Source: an uncultured Chloroflexia bacterium
Lineage (GTDB): Bacteria > Chloroflexota > Limnocylindria > Limnocylindrales > CSP1-4
Assembly: GCA_963734535.1 (NCBI GenBank)
Contig: CAVTHS010000004.1
Location: forward strand, 128,001-192,000
Direction: 5' to 3'
DNA: 64,000 nt
A program made the position numbers and the translations under genes. Positions 38,136 through 50,730 of the stretch are shown here, piece by piece. The notes under the pieces are model-generated. The model did not search any database, was not told the DNA's origin, and was given only the letters and a program-made list of their open reading frames with translations. Numbering within the stretch: position 1 is the stretch's first letter; every line of letters begins with the position of its first letter.

Positions 38136-39749
38136 TCAGGCCGTCGGTTCGGTGCCGCGAGCGACGGCGCGCGGGTTCGTCCGTGCGGGCCGCCGCTGGA
38201 ATCTTCGCAGGATCGTCCGGTCGCGTGCCGTGAGATCCCATCGGCACCGGCACAGGCCCTTCGGGCAGCCCGGGTGCGGCAGCCGTGGTGCGAGAAGCTC
38301 CTTGGCGATCCGGCAGATCCGCCCATCGTCGGCCCGGCAGACGTCGCAGCAGGCCGCGCCAACGAGCTCGGCCTCCTTGGCGATCTCCGCGATGCCGCGC
38401 AGCTCGGCCGCGACCCCGTCCCGGTGCAGCGTGATGATCGCCTCCGGGAGCGTCGACGGCGAGCGGGCGAGACGGAAGAGGGCCATGGCCTGCTCGCGTC
38501 GGATCCGGGAGGCGTCCTCCCAGCGCCGGTCGCGCTTCGCGGACCGGAACGCCCGCTCGACCGTGTTCATGAAGAGCGCGCGAGCGGCTTCCACCGTTTC
38601 CTCGGAGAGCTGCGCGGCGGCCAGGCGAGCTGCGCGCTCGGCCGGCGCACCGGCCTCAGCCCCGAGCTTGAGCCAGCGCTCTCGCTCCCGCGTCCAGCGG
38701 TGGGAGCTGGCGATCCGCCGGCGCTCAGCCTCGAAGAAGAGGACCGCGGCTTCCGTCAGGTAGACCGTTCGCCCGTCGAGGCGCTTGACGACGATCCGGT
38801 GGCGACAGCGCGGGCAACCGCGACTCGACGTCGGCGGCGGCTCCAGCAGGACGGCGCAGTACGGACACGAAGCAGCGACGGCCACGACCCTGGCTGCCGC
38901 CTTCGCCGGTTTGGCGCGACGGGCGGACGCGGAGCGTGGGCTCTTGCCGGCGGGCTGTGCCTTCGTCGCCGACCGAGGCTCGGGTGGGCGGCGCTTCGCC
39001 CGCGCCGGGGTCGAGGGCTCGGTGTCGATGCCGCGGCTCGCGGGCGTGTCCAAGTCGGCCTCCCGGGGGACCGCCGGGGGCGCGTCGACGGGACCTGCCT
39101 CGAGCGCCAGCCCGGGGTCACCGACCTCGCCGGCCTTGGCCAGATCCAGGAGATCGGGAAGCGCACCCTCGTCGGCTTCCGCGGCGCTGCGCATGTCCGA
39201 GGCAATGCCCATGTCCGAGGCGCTGCCAATGTCCGAGGCGTCGCTGACGACCGAGGCGTCGCCGCCGTCCGCGGCCGCAGTGGCGCCCGGACCGCCGTCC
39301 AACGCGTAGTCGACAGCGGCGCTCCACCACGCTTCGCCGGGTGCGGCGGCGACCACCGAGCCAGGTCCCGCCATGACGCCGACCATCGCTCCACCCCGGG
39401 GCTCGGAAGGCTTCTCGGTGCTGGTTTCGTGAGTCTCCGCCCCCTCGCGCGCGGCCCCGCCCGCCCCGGCGCCTGCGGAAGGAGGCCCGATCACGATCGC
39501 CGGGTGTGACCTGCCGCGCCGCTTCGGCCCGGGCGGGCCATCCGCCGCTGGCGGCACATCCGCCGCTGGCGACTGGTCCGCCCCGGGTTCGTCGGAAAGC
39601 GCGTCGGCCTCCGACTGGTCCGTGGGAGTGGTCGGGTCACCGCCGCCGAAGATGTCCGCGAGGCGCGCGGCGAGACGCATCCGGTCGAGCTCGAGCTCGG
39701 CCTCGTCGATCTTCTGTCGCGGTCGCAACAGGCCTGGCATCTTCGCCAT
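38136..39749 (-). CDS. Hypothetical protein: disordered N-half, CPYC/CPRC Zn ribbon, Cys-rich C-terminal motif
   Basis: Long ORF with GC3 bias; CPYC..CPRC; CCDVC..LPHPGC..CRC. Confidence 0.7.
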   Translation of the reverse strand: MAKMPGLLRPRQKIDEAELELDRMRLAARLADIFGGGDPTTPTDQSEADALSDEPGADQSPAADVPPAADGPPGPKRRGRSHPAIVIGPPSAGAGAGGAAREGAETHETSTEKPSEPRGGAMVGVMAGPGSVVAAAPGEAWWSAAVDYALDGGPGATAAADGGDASVVSDASDIGSASDMGIASDMRSAAEADEGALPDLLDLAKAGEVGDPGLALEAGPVDAPPAVPREADLDTPASRGIDTEPSTPARAKRRPPEPRSATKAQPAGKSPRSASARRAKPAKAAARVVAVAASCPYCAVLLEPPPTSSRGCPRCRHRIVVKRLDGRTVYLTEAAVLFFEAERRRIASSHRWTRERERWLKLGAEAGAPAERAARLAAAQLSEETVEAARALFMNTVERAFRSAKRDRRWEDASRIRREQAMALFRLARSPSTLPEAIITLHRDGVAAELRGIAEIAKEAELVGAACCDVCRADDGRICRIAKELLAPRLPHPGCPKGLCRCRWDLTARDRTILRRFQRRPARTNPRAVARGTEPTA

Positions 39750-39994
39750 CGCCCTGGTCCCTCGCCTACCGGCTGCCAGCGGTCCACCCTCGCTCGCCTG
39801 AAGCCCAGCAGCTGATCGCATTCCCTACCGTGGGGGCGCAGCATACTCCTCACCCACCCGGTCTCGTCCAGACCCCAATCGAGCAACCGGTGCGCGCGCG
39901 CACACGCCCGGTGCGCCCGCGCACCCCGGGTGCGCCGGGCGCGCGCACCGTGTTCTCGCTTCTCCGGCGAGGCTCGGACGGCCTGGCCGAGGCG

Positions 39995-40630
39995 ATGCGA
40001 ACGACTACCATTGGGGCCGTGCTGGACTTCGATGCCTACGCCGCCGACTGCCGGCTCTCCGGCCAGGTGGAGCCCGGGGAAGGTCGCCTGACCGATCGGC
40101 TCAACGCCACCCAGGAGCTGTCCATTCGCGCCGCCCGACTCGAGAGCCTGGCCGACGGCCACGTCGTGGAGATGGCGGAAATCGTTGTCGGGTCCGCGGA
40201 GCTGTGTGCCGTGGTCGCCAGCGGACCCCGGGGTGATCTCGGCCGCCGGCTGCGCACGCACGCCACCCGGGTCTCGGTGAACCTCGGTCCGTACACCGTC
40301 GTGGGACTGGTGCACGGGACCCCAGCGTCCGATCCCCTCGGAGCGGCCGTGCGGCGCGCCGCGTGGTTGCCGATCACGGAGGCGACCGTCACGTACCAGC
40401 GCGGCCCGGACTCGGTCTCCGAGGAGGTGGCGACGCTCCTCGTCAACCGGACCAGGGCGAGCTCGTTCCGGGCTCTTGAAGAAGCCAGCGTCGCCTTTCC
40501 CTGGGAAGCGGACCGGGTGCCCCGGCCCGCGACGGCGCGCGCGATCGACTTCACCGGCACGCTTCGCGACGTGGAGCGTCCCGATGATGACGAGCCGAAG
40601 CCGGCCCGGGATTCGGGATCCCCGCTCTGA
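39995..40630 (+). CDS. Hypothetical protein with two similar beta-rich halves
   Basis: GAGG RBS; DCRLSG..GRLTDRLN and GPYTVVGLVH..WLPITEATV..LLVNR; coding-like codon usage. Confidence 0.7.
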   Translation: MRTTTIGAVLDFDAYAADCRLSGQVEPGEGRLTDRLNATQELSIRAARLESLADGHVVEMAEIVVGSAELCAVVASGPRGDLGRRLRTHATRVSVNLGPYTVVGLVHGTPASDPLGAAVRRAAWLPITEATVTYQRGPDSVSEEVATLLVNRTRASSFRALEEASVAFPWEADRVPRPATARAIDFTGTLRDVERPDDDEPKPARDSGSPL

Positions 40631-40872
40631 CCGATCCGCGCGATCCGGTCCGCCCGACGCGGTCCCGGCGTCGCCGCGGGCGAAGGCCCTCGCGATCCTG
40701 AGCCGCGGCGCGCGTGCATCCCGATGCCCGCGCGTGCAATCGATGCCCGAGCCCACGATGGGTCAGCTGGGCCGCACGCGGCGACCCTGCGCCCTGAGGC
40801 ATTCGGCGCCATGCTGCTGTCCGCACCTGCCGGCGGGATTCCCGCAGCGGGGGAGCGCGCTCTGAGCGGACC

Positions 40873-43800
40873 ATGAGATCCAACCAGGCATTTCCGGGCC
40901 CGGGCGATCGCGATCGCCGATGGGCGGGTCGCGAGCGCCGGGGGTTGCGTCGCGATGCCGGGCCCGATGAGCCGATCCTCGCCGAGCTGTTCAGCGTCGA
41001 GCGGCTGGAGCAGCACGCGCAGACGCTGGCAGCCGCCCAGGCGATCACCGACACGCCGCGGCAAGGACACCCCGTCGGGCCGCGCATCGCCGAGAACGGG
41101 CGCATCCTCCTGGATTCGTATCGGATCCTGGCCCGGGCGATCAAGGATGAGCGCTCGATCACGCCGGCTGCAGAGTGGCTCGTCGACAACTTCCCGATCG
41201 TCGACGAGCAGCTCCGCGAGATCCGCGACGACCTCCCCCCGAACTACTACCGGGAGCTCCCCAAGCTGGCCGGCGGCCATCTCGAGGGGTACCCGCGCGT
41301 CCTGGGGCTCGCCTGGGCATACATCGCGCACACGGACAGTCGCTTCGACCCGGAGAGCCTGCGACGGATGGTTCGGGCCTACCAGGCCGTGGAGCCGCTG
41401 GCGATCGGCGAGCTGTGGGCGATCGCGATCAGCCTCCGGATCCTCCTCGTCGAGAACCTCCGCCGCCAGGCGGAGGAGATCGTGCGCAGCCGCACGGCCC
41501 GTCAGCGGGCAGACGAGCTCGCGGATCGACTGCTGGGCCTCGGGCAGGCGATCGGCCCGGACACAGGGCCGACCTCGCGCCGCCTCTCGGCGGAGCTCCC
41601 GACGGCGGCCCGCGTCCAGCTCTTCCAGCGCCTTCGCGACCAGGACCCCGCGGTCACCCCCGCCGTCCAATGGCTCGAGGAGCTCCTGGCGGCCCAGGGA
41701 ACCACGGCCGAGGAGATGGTCCGCCTGGAGCACCAGCGGCAGGCGACCATGAACGTCACGGTCCGCAACGTGATCATGAGCATGCGCCTCATCTCGTGGT
41801 TCGACTGGGCCCAGTTCGTCGAGAGCGTGAGCGTGGTCGATGAGGTCCTCCGGGCCCGAAGCCCGTTCGGCGAGATGGACTTCGCGACACGCGATCGCTA
41901 TCGGCACGCCATCGAGGTGCTGGCGCGGGACTCGGACCTGACCGAGATCGAGGTCGCCCGGCGGGCCGTGTCGATGGCCGAGGATGAGGAGGCGGGTGCT
42001 GGAACGCGGACCGCCGCCCGCACCGCTGCCGTCCACGCCTCGCCCGGCCACCCGGCGCCCTCGGCACCAGCGGCTGTGGCGCCGGCGCCCGGGAATGCCG
42101 CGCCCGAGGAACGCGGGCATCACCGGGACCCCGGCTACTACCTGATCTCGGACGGCCGCCTGGAGTTCGAACGAGCCCTCGGCGCTCGCGTGCCGGTACG
42201 GGTGCGGCTCCGCCGCGCCTACATCCGAACGGCGACGACGAGCTACCTCGGGACCATCGCCCTCGTCACGGCGCTCCTGCTTGCCATGCCGCTTGCGCTC
42301 TCCTGGTACGTGGGCGCGGCGGGCCTCGGCGTCCTGCTCGTCGCGTTCCTCGCGCTCGCGCCCGCATCCGACCTCGCCATCGACCTCGTCAACTGGGCGG
42401 TCACGAACGTGCTCGGCCCGAAGGCGCTCCCTCGACTCGACCTCGACGATGGCGTCCCGTCACGGCTGCGAACGCTCGTGGTCGTGCCGATGCTCCTCAC
42501 GAGCGAGGCGGACGCCGAGGCGCAGGTCGGCGGCCTGGAGGTGCACTACCTCGCCAACCGGGAGGGCGACATCCGGTTCGCCCTGCTCTCGGACTGGCTC
42601 GACGCATCGACGGAGGAGGTTCCCGGCGACGACGAGCTCCTGTCGGCGGTCGCCGCCGGCATCGACCGGCTCAACGAGCGTCACGGCGAGGCGCCAGGGG
42701 GAGGCGCCCGGTTCCTGCTCTTCCACCGCAAGCGACGCTGGAACGAGGCCGAGGGCCGCTGGATCGGCTGGGAACGCAAGCGCGGCAAGCTCCACGAGCT
42801 CAACGCCCTCCTGCGCGGCTCGACGACGACCGGCATCCTGACCACCGGGCGACCCTCCTCGGTCCCGCCGAACGACGTCCGATACGTCGTCACCCTGGAC
42901 GCCGACACGCGGCTGCCCCGGGGCGCCGTGGGGCAGCTGGTGGGAACGGTCGCGCATCCGCTCAACCAGGCGGTCTTCGATGCGCGCGTCGGCCGCGTGA
43001 CCCGTGGCTACGGCGTGCTCCAGCCGCGGATCACCTCTACCCTCCCTGCCGAGCACGAAGGATCGGCGTTCCAGCGGATCTTCTCCGGATCGGCCGGGAT
43101 CGACCCCTATGCATCCGCCGTCTCCGACGTCTACCAGGACCTGTTCGGTGAGGGGAGCTTCACCGGGAAGGGCATCTACGACCTCGACGCATTCGCCGCG
43201 GCAATGGCAAACCGGGTTCCCGAGAACGCCCTGCTGAGCCACGACCTGTTCGAGGGCGTCTTCGCCCGTGCCGGCCTGGTGACTGACATCGAGCTCTTCG
43301 ACGAGTTCCCGTCGAACTACCTGGTCTCCGCGTCCCGCCAACATCGCTGGGCACGCGGCGACTGGCAGCTCCTGCCCTGGATCCTCGGCCGGGCTCGCGA
43401 CGCCACGGGCCGGCGAAGCCACGCCTCGATGCCCGGCATCGCCCGCTGGAAGATGGTGGACAACCTGCGGCGGACCCTGTCTGCCCCGTTCACGCTGGCC
43501 ATGCTCGTCGCCGCCTGGACGCTGCCCTCCGTCTCGGCGTGGGTGTGGACCGCGTTCGTCCTCGCGGCGGTGCTGGTCCCCGCTGCGCTTCCGGTCATGG
43601 GAGGGGTGCTGCCGCAGCGGAAGGGCATCTCCAAGCGCAGCCACCTGCGGGCGGTCGGAGCGGACCTCAGCCTGGCTGCGGCCCACGTCGGGCTCGGCAT
43701 CACGTTCCTCACCCACCAGGCCTGGCTCATGGTCGACGCGATCGCGCGGACGCTGGCGCGCCTCTACGTCACCCGGCGAAACCTCCTCGAATGGACGACT

Positions 43801-46800
43801 GCAGCCCAGGCGAAGGCGAGCGGCGCCCTCGACGCCGCCGAGTTCTACCGGCAGATGGCGGGCGGGGTGGCGATCGCGGCGGCGGTCGCGATCCTGGTCC
43901 TCGCCGTCAAGCCCGGGGCGGCACCGATCGCGGCGCCGTTCGTGGTCCTCTGGCTGGCCGCGCCCCTCGTTGCGCGGCGCGCCAGCCAGCCACCTCCCGA
44001 GTCGGCCGCGGAGCAGCTCTCGCCTGCCGATGTCGCGTCCCTCCGCCGCATAGCGCGCCGGACGTGGCGGTTCTTCGAGGCGTTCGTCGGTCCCGGGGAC
44101 CATGGCCTCCCGCCCGACAACTTCCAGGACGACCCGCTCCCCGCCATCGCCCACCGGACCTCGCCCACGAACATCGGGATGTACCTGCTGGCGACCGTCA
44201 CGGCCCGCGACTTCGGCTGGATCGGGACGCTGGAGATGGTGGAGCGACTCGAGGAGACCCTCGCGTCCATCGGCAGCCTCGAACGCTTCCGTGGCCACCT
44301 CTACAACTGGTACGACACGCGCGACCTGCACCGGCTGGAGCCCGCGTACGTCTCGTCGGTCGACAGCGGCAACCTCGCCGGCCACCTCCTGACGCTGTCG
44401 AACGCGTGCCGCCTGCTGATCGACGAGCCGCTCCCCGTGGCAGCGGCGCTGGCCGGGATCGGCGACGCGATGGCGCTGGCCCGTGAGGCGGCGGGCGGGA
44501 TCGGCGACGACCGGCGCAGCCAGACGCTCACCCGGCGGCAGCTCGACCAGGCCTTCGAGCTGCCCGATGGGGCGAGCCACGTGGTGCCCGCGACGCCCGA
44601 CGACTGGGCGGCCCGCCTGGCGGAGCTCTCCGCGCACACCGCGACGCTCTCGGACGTCGCGGCCGCACTCACCGCCGAGCGTGGCGAGGGACCCGACGGT
44701 GAGCTGGTGGCGTGGGCCGAGGCAACCCAGCACGCGGTGCAGAGTCACGTCCGCGACCTGGCGCTGCTCCAACCGCCCTCCGGGGCGACGCTCGCGAGCT
44801 CCGGGCGACGACTGGCGACCGCCTTCCCGACGATCGCCGAGCTGTCGGATCCGCCCGACGGCGAGATCGGTGCCGGATCGGACGCCGCGGTGATGCTCGT
44901 GCGACGGCTCCGGGCGATCGCCGACCAGGCGCAGCAGCTCTTCCGCGAGATGGACTTCAGCTTCCTGTTCGACCCGACCCGCAAGCTCTTCTCGATCGGG
45001 TTCCGGGTCCGCGATGGCACGCTGGATCCGAGCTACTACGACCTGCTGGCGTCGGAGTGCCGCCTCGCCAGCTTCCTGGCGATCGCCAAGGGCGACGTCG
45101 CCCCGGACCACTGGTTCCGGCTGGGCCGCTCGCTCACGCCGGTCGGTCGTGGCTCGGCCCTCATCTCGTGGTCCGGGTCGATGTTCGAGTACCTGATGCC
45201 GGCCCTCGTGATGCGCGCGCCGGCCCTGAGCCTGCTGGACCACACCTACCGGCTGGTGGTGGCCCGCCAGATGAGCTACGCGGCGGAGCTCCGCGTGCCC
45301 TGGGGCATCTCGGAGTCGGCCTTCAATGCGCGCGACCTCGAGCAGCAGTACCAGTACTCGAGCTTCGGCGTGCCCGGCCTCGGCCTGAAGCGCGGCCTGA
45401 GCGAGGATGTCGTCGTCGCCCCGTATGCGACCGGCCTCGCCGCGATGATCCGGCCCGAGGCTGCCGTCCGGAACTTCACCCGGTTGGCGGCGGCCGGGGC
45501 GAGCGGGCAATACGGCTTCCGAGAGGCCCTGGACTTCACGGCGAGGCGAGTCCCGGAGGGCGCTTCCGTCGCGATCGTGAAGAGCTACATGGCCCATCAC
45601 CAGGGGATGGCCCTCGTCGCCCTCGGCAACGTGATCAACAACCGGGCGATGGTGGAGCGCTTCCATGCGGACCCGATCGTCGAGGCGACGGAGCTCCTCC
45701 TCCAGGAGCGGATGCCGCGCGACGTCCTGGTCGCCCGGCCGCGCGCCGAGGAGGTGAAGAGCGCGGCCGACGTCCGCGACCTCGTCCCGCCGGTCCTGCG
45801 CCGGTTCACCTCGCCGCACGACGCCATCCCGCGGACCCACGTGCTGTCCAACGGGCGCTACGCGGTCATGGTGACGGCCGCGGGATCCGGATACAGCCGC
45901 TGGGGCGACGTTGCCGTGACCCGTTGGCGCGAGGACGTGACCCGCGACTCGTGGGGCAGCTACCTGTTCCTGCGCGACATGGACTCGGGCGCGGTCTGGT
46001 CGGCGGGCCACCAGCCGAGCTGCGCGGAGGCGGACACGTACGAGGTCATCTACGCGGAGGACCACGCCGAGATCTCGCGCCGCGACGGGTCGATCACCAC
46101 CGGCCTGACGATCGTCGTGTCGGCCGAGCACGACGCGGAGATCCGGCGGGTGACGCTCACCAACCTCGGCACGCACGAGCGCCACATCGAGCTGACCTCG
46201 TACGCGGAGGTCGCCCTCGCGCCGCAGGCGGCCGACGTCGCCCACCCCGCCTTCCAGAACCTGTTCGTGCAGACCGAGTTCGTCCCGGAGATCGGCGCCC
46301 TCCTTGCGACGCGCCGTCCGAGATCGCGCGACGAGACGCCCATCTGGGCCGCCCACGTGGCGGCCGTCGAGGACGAGGCCGTGGGCGTCATCCAGTACGA
46401 GACGGATCGCGCCCGCTTCCTGGGCCGGGGCAGGTCGGTGCGCTCGCCGGTCTCGGTCATCGACGGACGCCCGCTGTCGAACACGGTCGGCGCGGTGCTG
46501 GACCCGATCTTCAGCGTCCGGTGCCGCGTCCGGCTCGCACCCGGCGCCACCGCCCACGCGATCTTCTCCACGGTCGTGGCCGCATCGCGCGACGCTGTCC
46601 TGGACCTCGCCGACAAGTACCGGGAGGCGGCGACGTTCGAACGGGCGGCGACGCTGGCCTGGACGCAGGCGCAGGTGCAGCTCCATCACCTGGGGATCGA
46701 CTCGGACGAGGCCCACCTCTTCCAGCGCCTGGCCAACCGAATCATCTTCTCCGACCCGTCGCTTCGCCCGGCCCCGGGCCTGCTGGCCGTGAACGCACGC

Positions 46801-49800
46801 GGAGCACCCGGGCTGTGGGCCCACGGGATCTCGGGCGACCTGCCCATCGTGATGGTGCGAATCGACGAGGAGGAGGATCTCGAGATCGTCCGCCAGCTCC
46901 TCCGCGCGCACGAGTACTGGCGCCTCAAGCTCATCGACGTGGACCTCGTGATCCTCAACGAGCACGGCGCCACGTACGCCGGCGAGCTCCACGACTCGCT
47001 CGAGGCGCTCGTCCGGACCAGCCAGTCCACCCTGGTCCCGGAGGGCCACCGGGGGCACGGTGGCGTGTACATCCTGCGCGGCGACCAGCTGTCCGCCGAG
47101 GATCGCGCGCTCCTCCAGGCGGCCGCGCGGGCGGTCCTGCTCAGCCGCCGGGGCACCCTCAGCGACCAGGTCATCCGCCTCGAGCGCCCGGCCGACCGGA
47201 TCGCGCCGCCGCCGGCGCCACCGGGTCCGAGGCCGCCGAGGAGCGTGGCGGCAGCGCCGCGTCCTGCGCTCGAGTTCTTCAACGGGATCGGCGGCTTCGC
47301 CGACCGCGGCCGGGAGTACGTCGCGATCCTGGGTCCGGGCCAGTCCACCCCCGCACCGTGGCTCAACGTCATCGCGAACGAGGCCTTCGGCTTCCAGGTC
47401 TCCGAATCCGGGTCGGGCTACACCTGGTCCGGGAACAGCCGCGAGAACCAGCTCACCCCGTGGTCCAACGACCCGGTCAGCGACCCAATCAGCGAGGCGA
47501 TCTACCTCCGGGACGACGAGACGGGCGAGCTGTGGGGTCCCAGCGCCCAGCCGATCCGCCTCGAGGAATCGACGTACACCGTCCGCCACGGTGCGGGGTA
47601 CAGCCGTTTCGAGCACCTGCACGACGGGATCGACCTCCATCTCGTCCAGTTCGTCCCGCTCGACGAGCCCCTGAAGGTGTCGGTGCTGACGATCGAGAAC
47701 CGATCCGGGCGCCCCAGGCGGCTGTCCGTGACCGCCTATGCCGAGTGGGCGCTCGGCACCTCCCGCGGCGCCAGCGCCCCGCGCATCGTGACCGCGCTGG
47801 ACCCCGAGACACGGGCGATCCTGGTGCGCAACTCCTGGAACACCGAGTTCGCGGGCCGGGTCGCCTTCCTCGACCTCGGCGGGAGGCAGACGGCGTGGAC
47901 CGCGGACCGGACCGAGTTCCTGGGCCGGAACGGCGCCCCGGACCGGCCCGCCGGCCTCGATCGCGGCTATCGGCTGCGGGGCGCCGTGGGGGCCGGCATG
48001 GACCCGTGCGCCGCGCTGCAGACCAGTTTCGAGCTCCCCAACGGGGCGCGGACCGAGGTGGTGGTGCTGCTCGGCGAAGCCGCGGCGGGCGCATCCGCGG
48101 CCGACCTGGTCCGGCGTGCGCGGGCCGCCGACCACGACGTCGACGCTGCGCGAGGTGGGGCGCTTCTGGGAGGCGGCCCAGGCCACGGTCCAGGTACGGA
48201 CGCCCGAGCGCTCCATGGACATCATGCTCAACGGCTGGCTGATCTACCAGACACTCGCCTGCCGGCTCTGGGCCAGGACGGCGTTCTACCAGGCCGGCGG
48301 CGCGTACGGGTTCCGGGACCAGCTCCAGGACGTGATCGCCCTGGTGACCTCGAAGCGTGAGCTGGCCCGCGAGCATCTCCTGCGGGCCGCGGCCCACCAG
48401 TTCGTCGAGGGTGACGTCCAGCACTGGTGGCATCCGCCCTCCGGCCGCGGCGTCCGCACGCGCATCTCGGATGACCGGGTCTGGCTGCCCTATGCCGTCG
48501 ATCGCTACCTCGCGGTCACCGGCGACACGGCGATCCTCGACGAGACGGTCCCCTATCTCGAGGGGCCGGCCCTGCGGCCCGACCAGACCGACGCCTACTT
48601 CCAGCCGGAGATGTCATCGAAATCGGCCTCGCTGTTCGCGCACTGCGCTGCGGCGCTCGACCGGAGCCTTGCCGTCGGCGCGCATGGGCTCCCCCTCATC
48701 GGATCGGGCGACTGGAACGACGGGATGAACCGGGTGGGCTACGAGGGCCGGGGTGAGAGCGTCTGGCTGGGCTGGTTCCTGTATACCGTCCTTGCAGCCT
48801 TCGCGCCGATCGCGGAGGCGCGCGGCGAGCGCCCCCGCGCGGATCGCTGGCGCGCCCGCATGAGGTCGCTCCGGCGGGCGCTCGAGAGCCAGGGCTGGGA
48901 CGGCGACTGGTACCGCCGCGCCTACTTCGACGACGGCACGCCGCTTGGCTCGGCGATCAACGCCGAGTGCCGGATCGATTCGATCGCCCAGTCCTGGGCC
49001 GTGCTGTCGGGTGCCGCGACGCCCGCCCACGCCGAGCGTGCGATGGCCGCGGTGGAGGAGTTCCTCGTCCGGCGCGGGGACGGCCTCGTCCTGCTGTTCA
49101 CGCCGCCGTTCGACCGGTCCGATGTCGATCCCGGCTACATCAAGGGCTACCTGCCCGGCATCCGGGAGAACGGCGGCCAGTACACCCACGGTGCCATCTG
49201 GTCGGTCCTCGCATTCGCGGCGCTGGGCGACGGGGACAAGGCAGGCGAGCTCTTCTCGATCCTCAATCCCATCAACCATGCCGCAACCCGGGCCGGGGTC
49301 CATCGCTACAAGGTGGAGCCGTACGTCATGGCGGCCGACGTCTACGCCGAGCCGCCACACGTCGGGCGCGGGGGCTGGACCTGGTACACGGCCTCGGCGG
49401 GCTGGATGTACCAGGCCGGGATGGAGTGGATCCTTGGGTTCCGCCTGCGCGGGACCACGCTGGTGATCGACCCGTGCATCCCGCGAGCGTGGCCCGGCTT
49501 CGAGATCGACTTCCGCTACCACTCGGCCCGCTACGCGATCGTGGTGCAGAACCCGCAGGGGGTCAGCCGCGGCGTTGCGTCCATCGAGCTCGACGGCGCG
49601 GCCCTGCCGGGCGGCGGCCCCGTTGTCGGCGGGGAGGCGGGCACCGCGCCGGGAGCCGGCGCGCCGGGGCTCGGCGGCGCGGCGATCCCTGTCGCCACCG
49701 CGGGCGTCGGCGGCGCGGCCGTCCCGCGTGGCGTCGCGGCAATCCCCCTCGTCGACGACGGCGCCACGCACCGGGTCCGGGTCGTGCTGGGGACGGCGCC

Positions 49801-49849
49801 GATCCGGGAGGCGGAGGTGGCCTCCGCGCTCCGGCCCGCCGGGACGTGA
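40873..49849 (+). CDS. ndvB: Cyclic beta-1,2-glucan synthase (GT84 + glucoamylase-like + GH94), frameshift near 48140
   Basis: [81 protein letters not shown]. Confidence 0.93.
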
Positions 49850-49940
49850 CCGAGGATCGCGCGCCGCGATCGATGACACGGTCAGGTTCGAGCCGGTCGG
49901 CGTCAGCGAATCGGTTCGACCCGCTACCATCGGCCGAACC

Positions 49941-50426
49941 ATGAGCGACGAATCCGCGCTTCCGGCGATGGCCGGTGTCGACATCCCGTACCGCGTGGTC
50001 CGGACCGAGATCGCGGGGAGCGCGGAGGAGAGCGCGGCGCTCCAGGGGATCGAGCTCTCGTCGCTCCTGCGGACGATCGTCGTCCGGCGCGGCGAGGGCG
50101 ACTACGTCTTCGTCCTGGTGCCTGCCGGGCGGCGCTTCGACTGGCCGAAGCTGCGCGCCCACCTGGGCGTGCGCCAGCTGTCGCTTCCCGACGCGGACGA
50201 GGCGCGGGCGGTCACCGGGTACGAGCGCTACGCGATCACCCCGTTCGGCGCGGCGCGCGCCTGGCCGGTGATCGCCGACGCCACGATCCTGGAGCGCGAG
50301 ATCGTGGCCATCGGCGGCGGCGCGCGGGGCGTAAACGTCCACGTCGCCGCGTCGGACCTCGTGCGCTTCCTCGACGCCGCGGTCGTGGACGTGAGCGCGC
50401 CGGACGAGACGCATAACCAGGGTTGA
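49941..50426 (+). CDS. YbaK/EbsC aminoacyl-tRNA deacylase family protein
   Basis: LLRTIVVR, VTGYERYAITPFG, AIGGGARG. Confidence 0.85.
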   Translation: MSDESALPAMAGVDIPYRVVRTEIAGSAEESAALQGIELSSLLRTIVVRRGEGDYVFVLVPAGRRFDWPKLRAHLGVRQLSLPDADEARAVTGYERYAITPFGAARAWPVIADATILEREIVAIGGGARGVNVHVAASDLVRFLDAAVVDVSAPDETHNQG

Positions 50427-50730
50427 CCGGCGGCGCCCAGCGAGCAAACGCGAGGATGGCGCGCAGCCGCGCAGCTCATTACCGACAACGGGACGCCGTT
50501 CGTCGCGATCACCGCACGATGCTCAGCCAGTTCCAGCGCAGCCTGGCCGAGCTCGCGACCCGCCACATCCGGACCCAGATCGACACTGGCAAACGCCGGC
50601 CGAACGCTTCGATGGCACGCTTTTCGCCGACCGCGGCTTCAGCAGCGTCCCGTCCCTCGCCGGCGTGGCCGATCTACTCGAGGTGATCCTCGCCGCCTGA
50701 GCCAGTCTCATCTCCACCGGGGAACTCTGC

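Noticed and set aside
42460-48231. 1923-aa minus-strand ORF and other long antisense or alternate-frame ORFs (e.g. 44712-48242, 56233-60015, 1478-3370)
   Set aside because: Shadow frames of real GC-rich genes; Arg/Pro/Gly-rich with no recognisable motifs.
50456-50700. Short ORF or remnant after ybaK
   Set aside because: Some coding-like stretches but no recognisable family or clear start.
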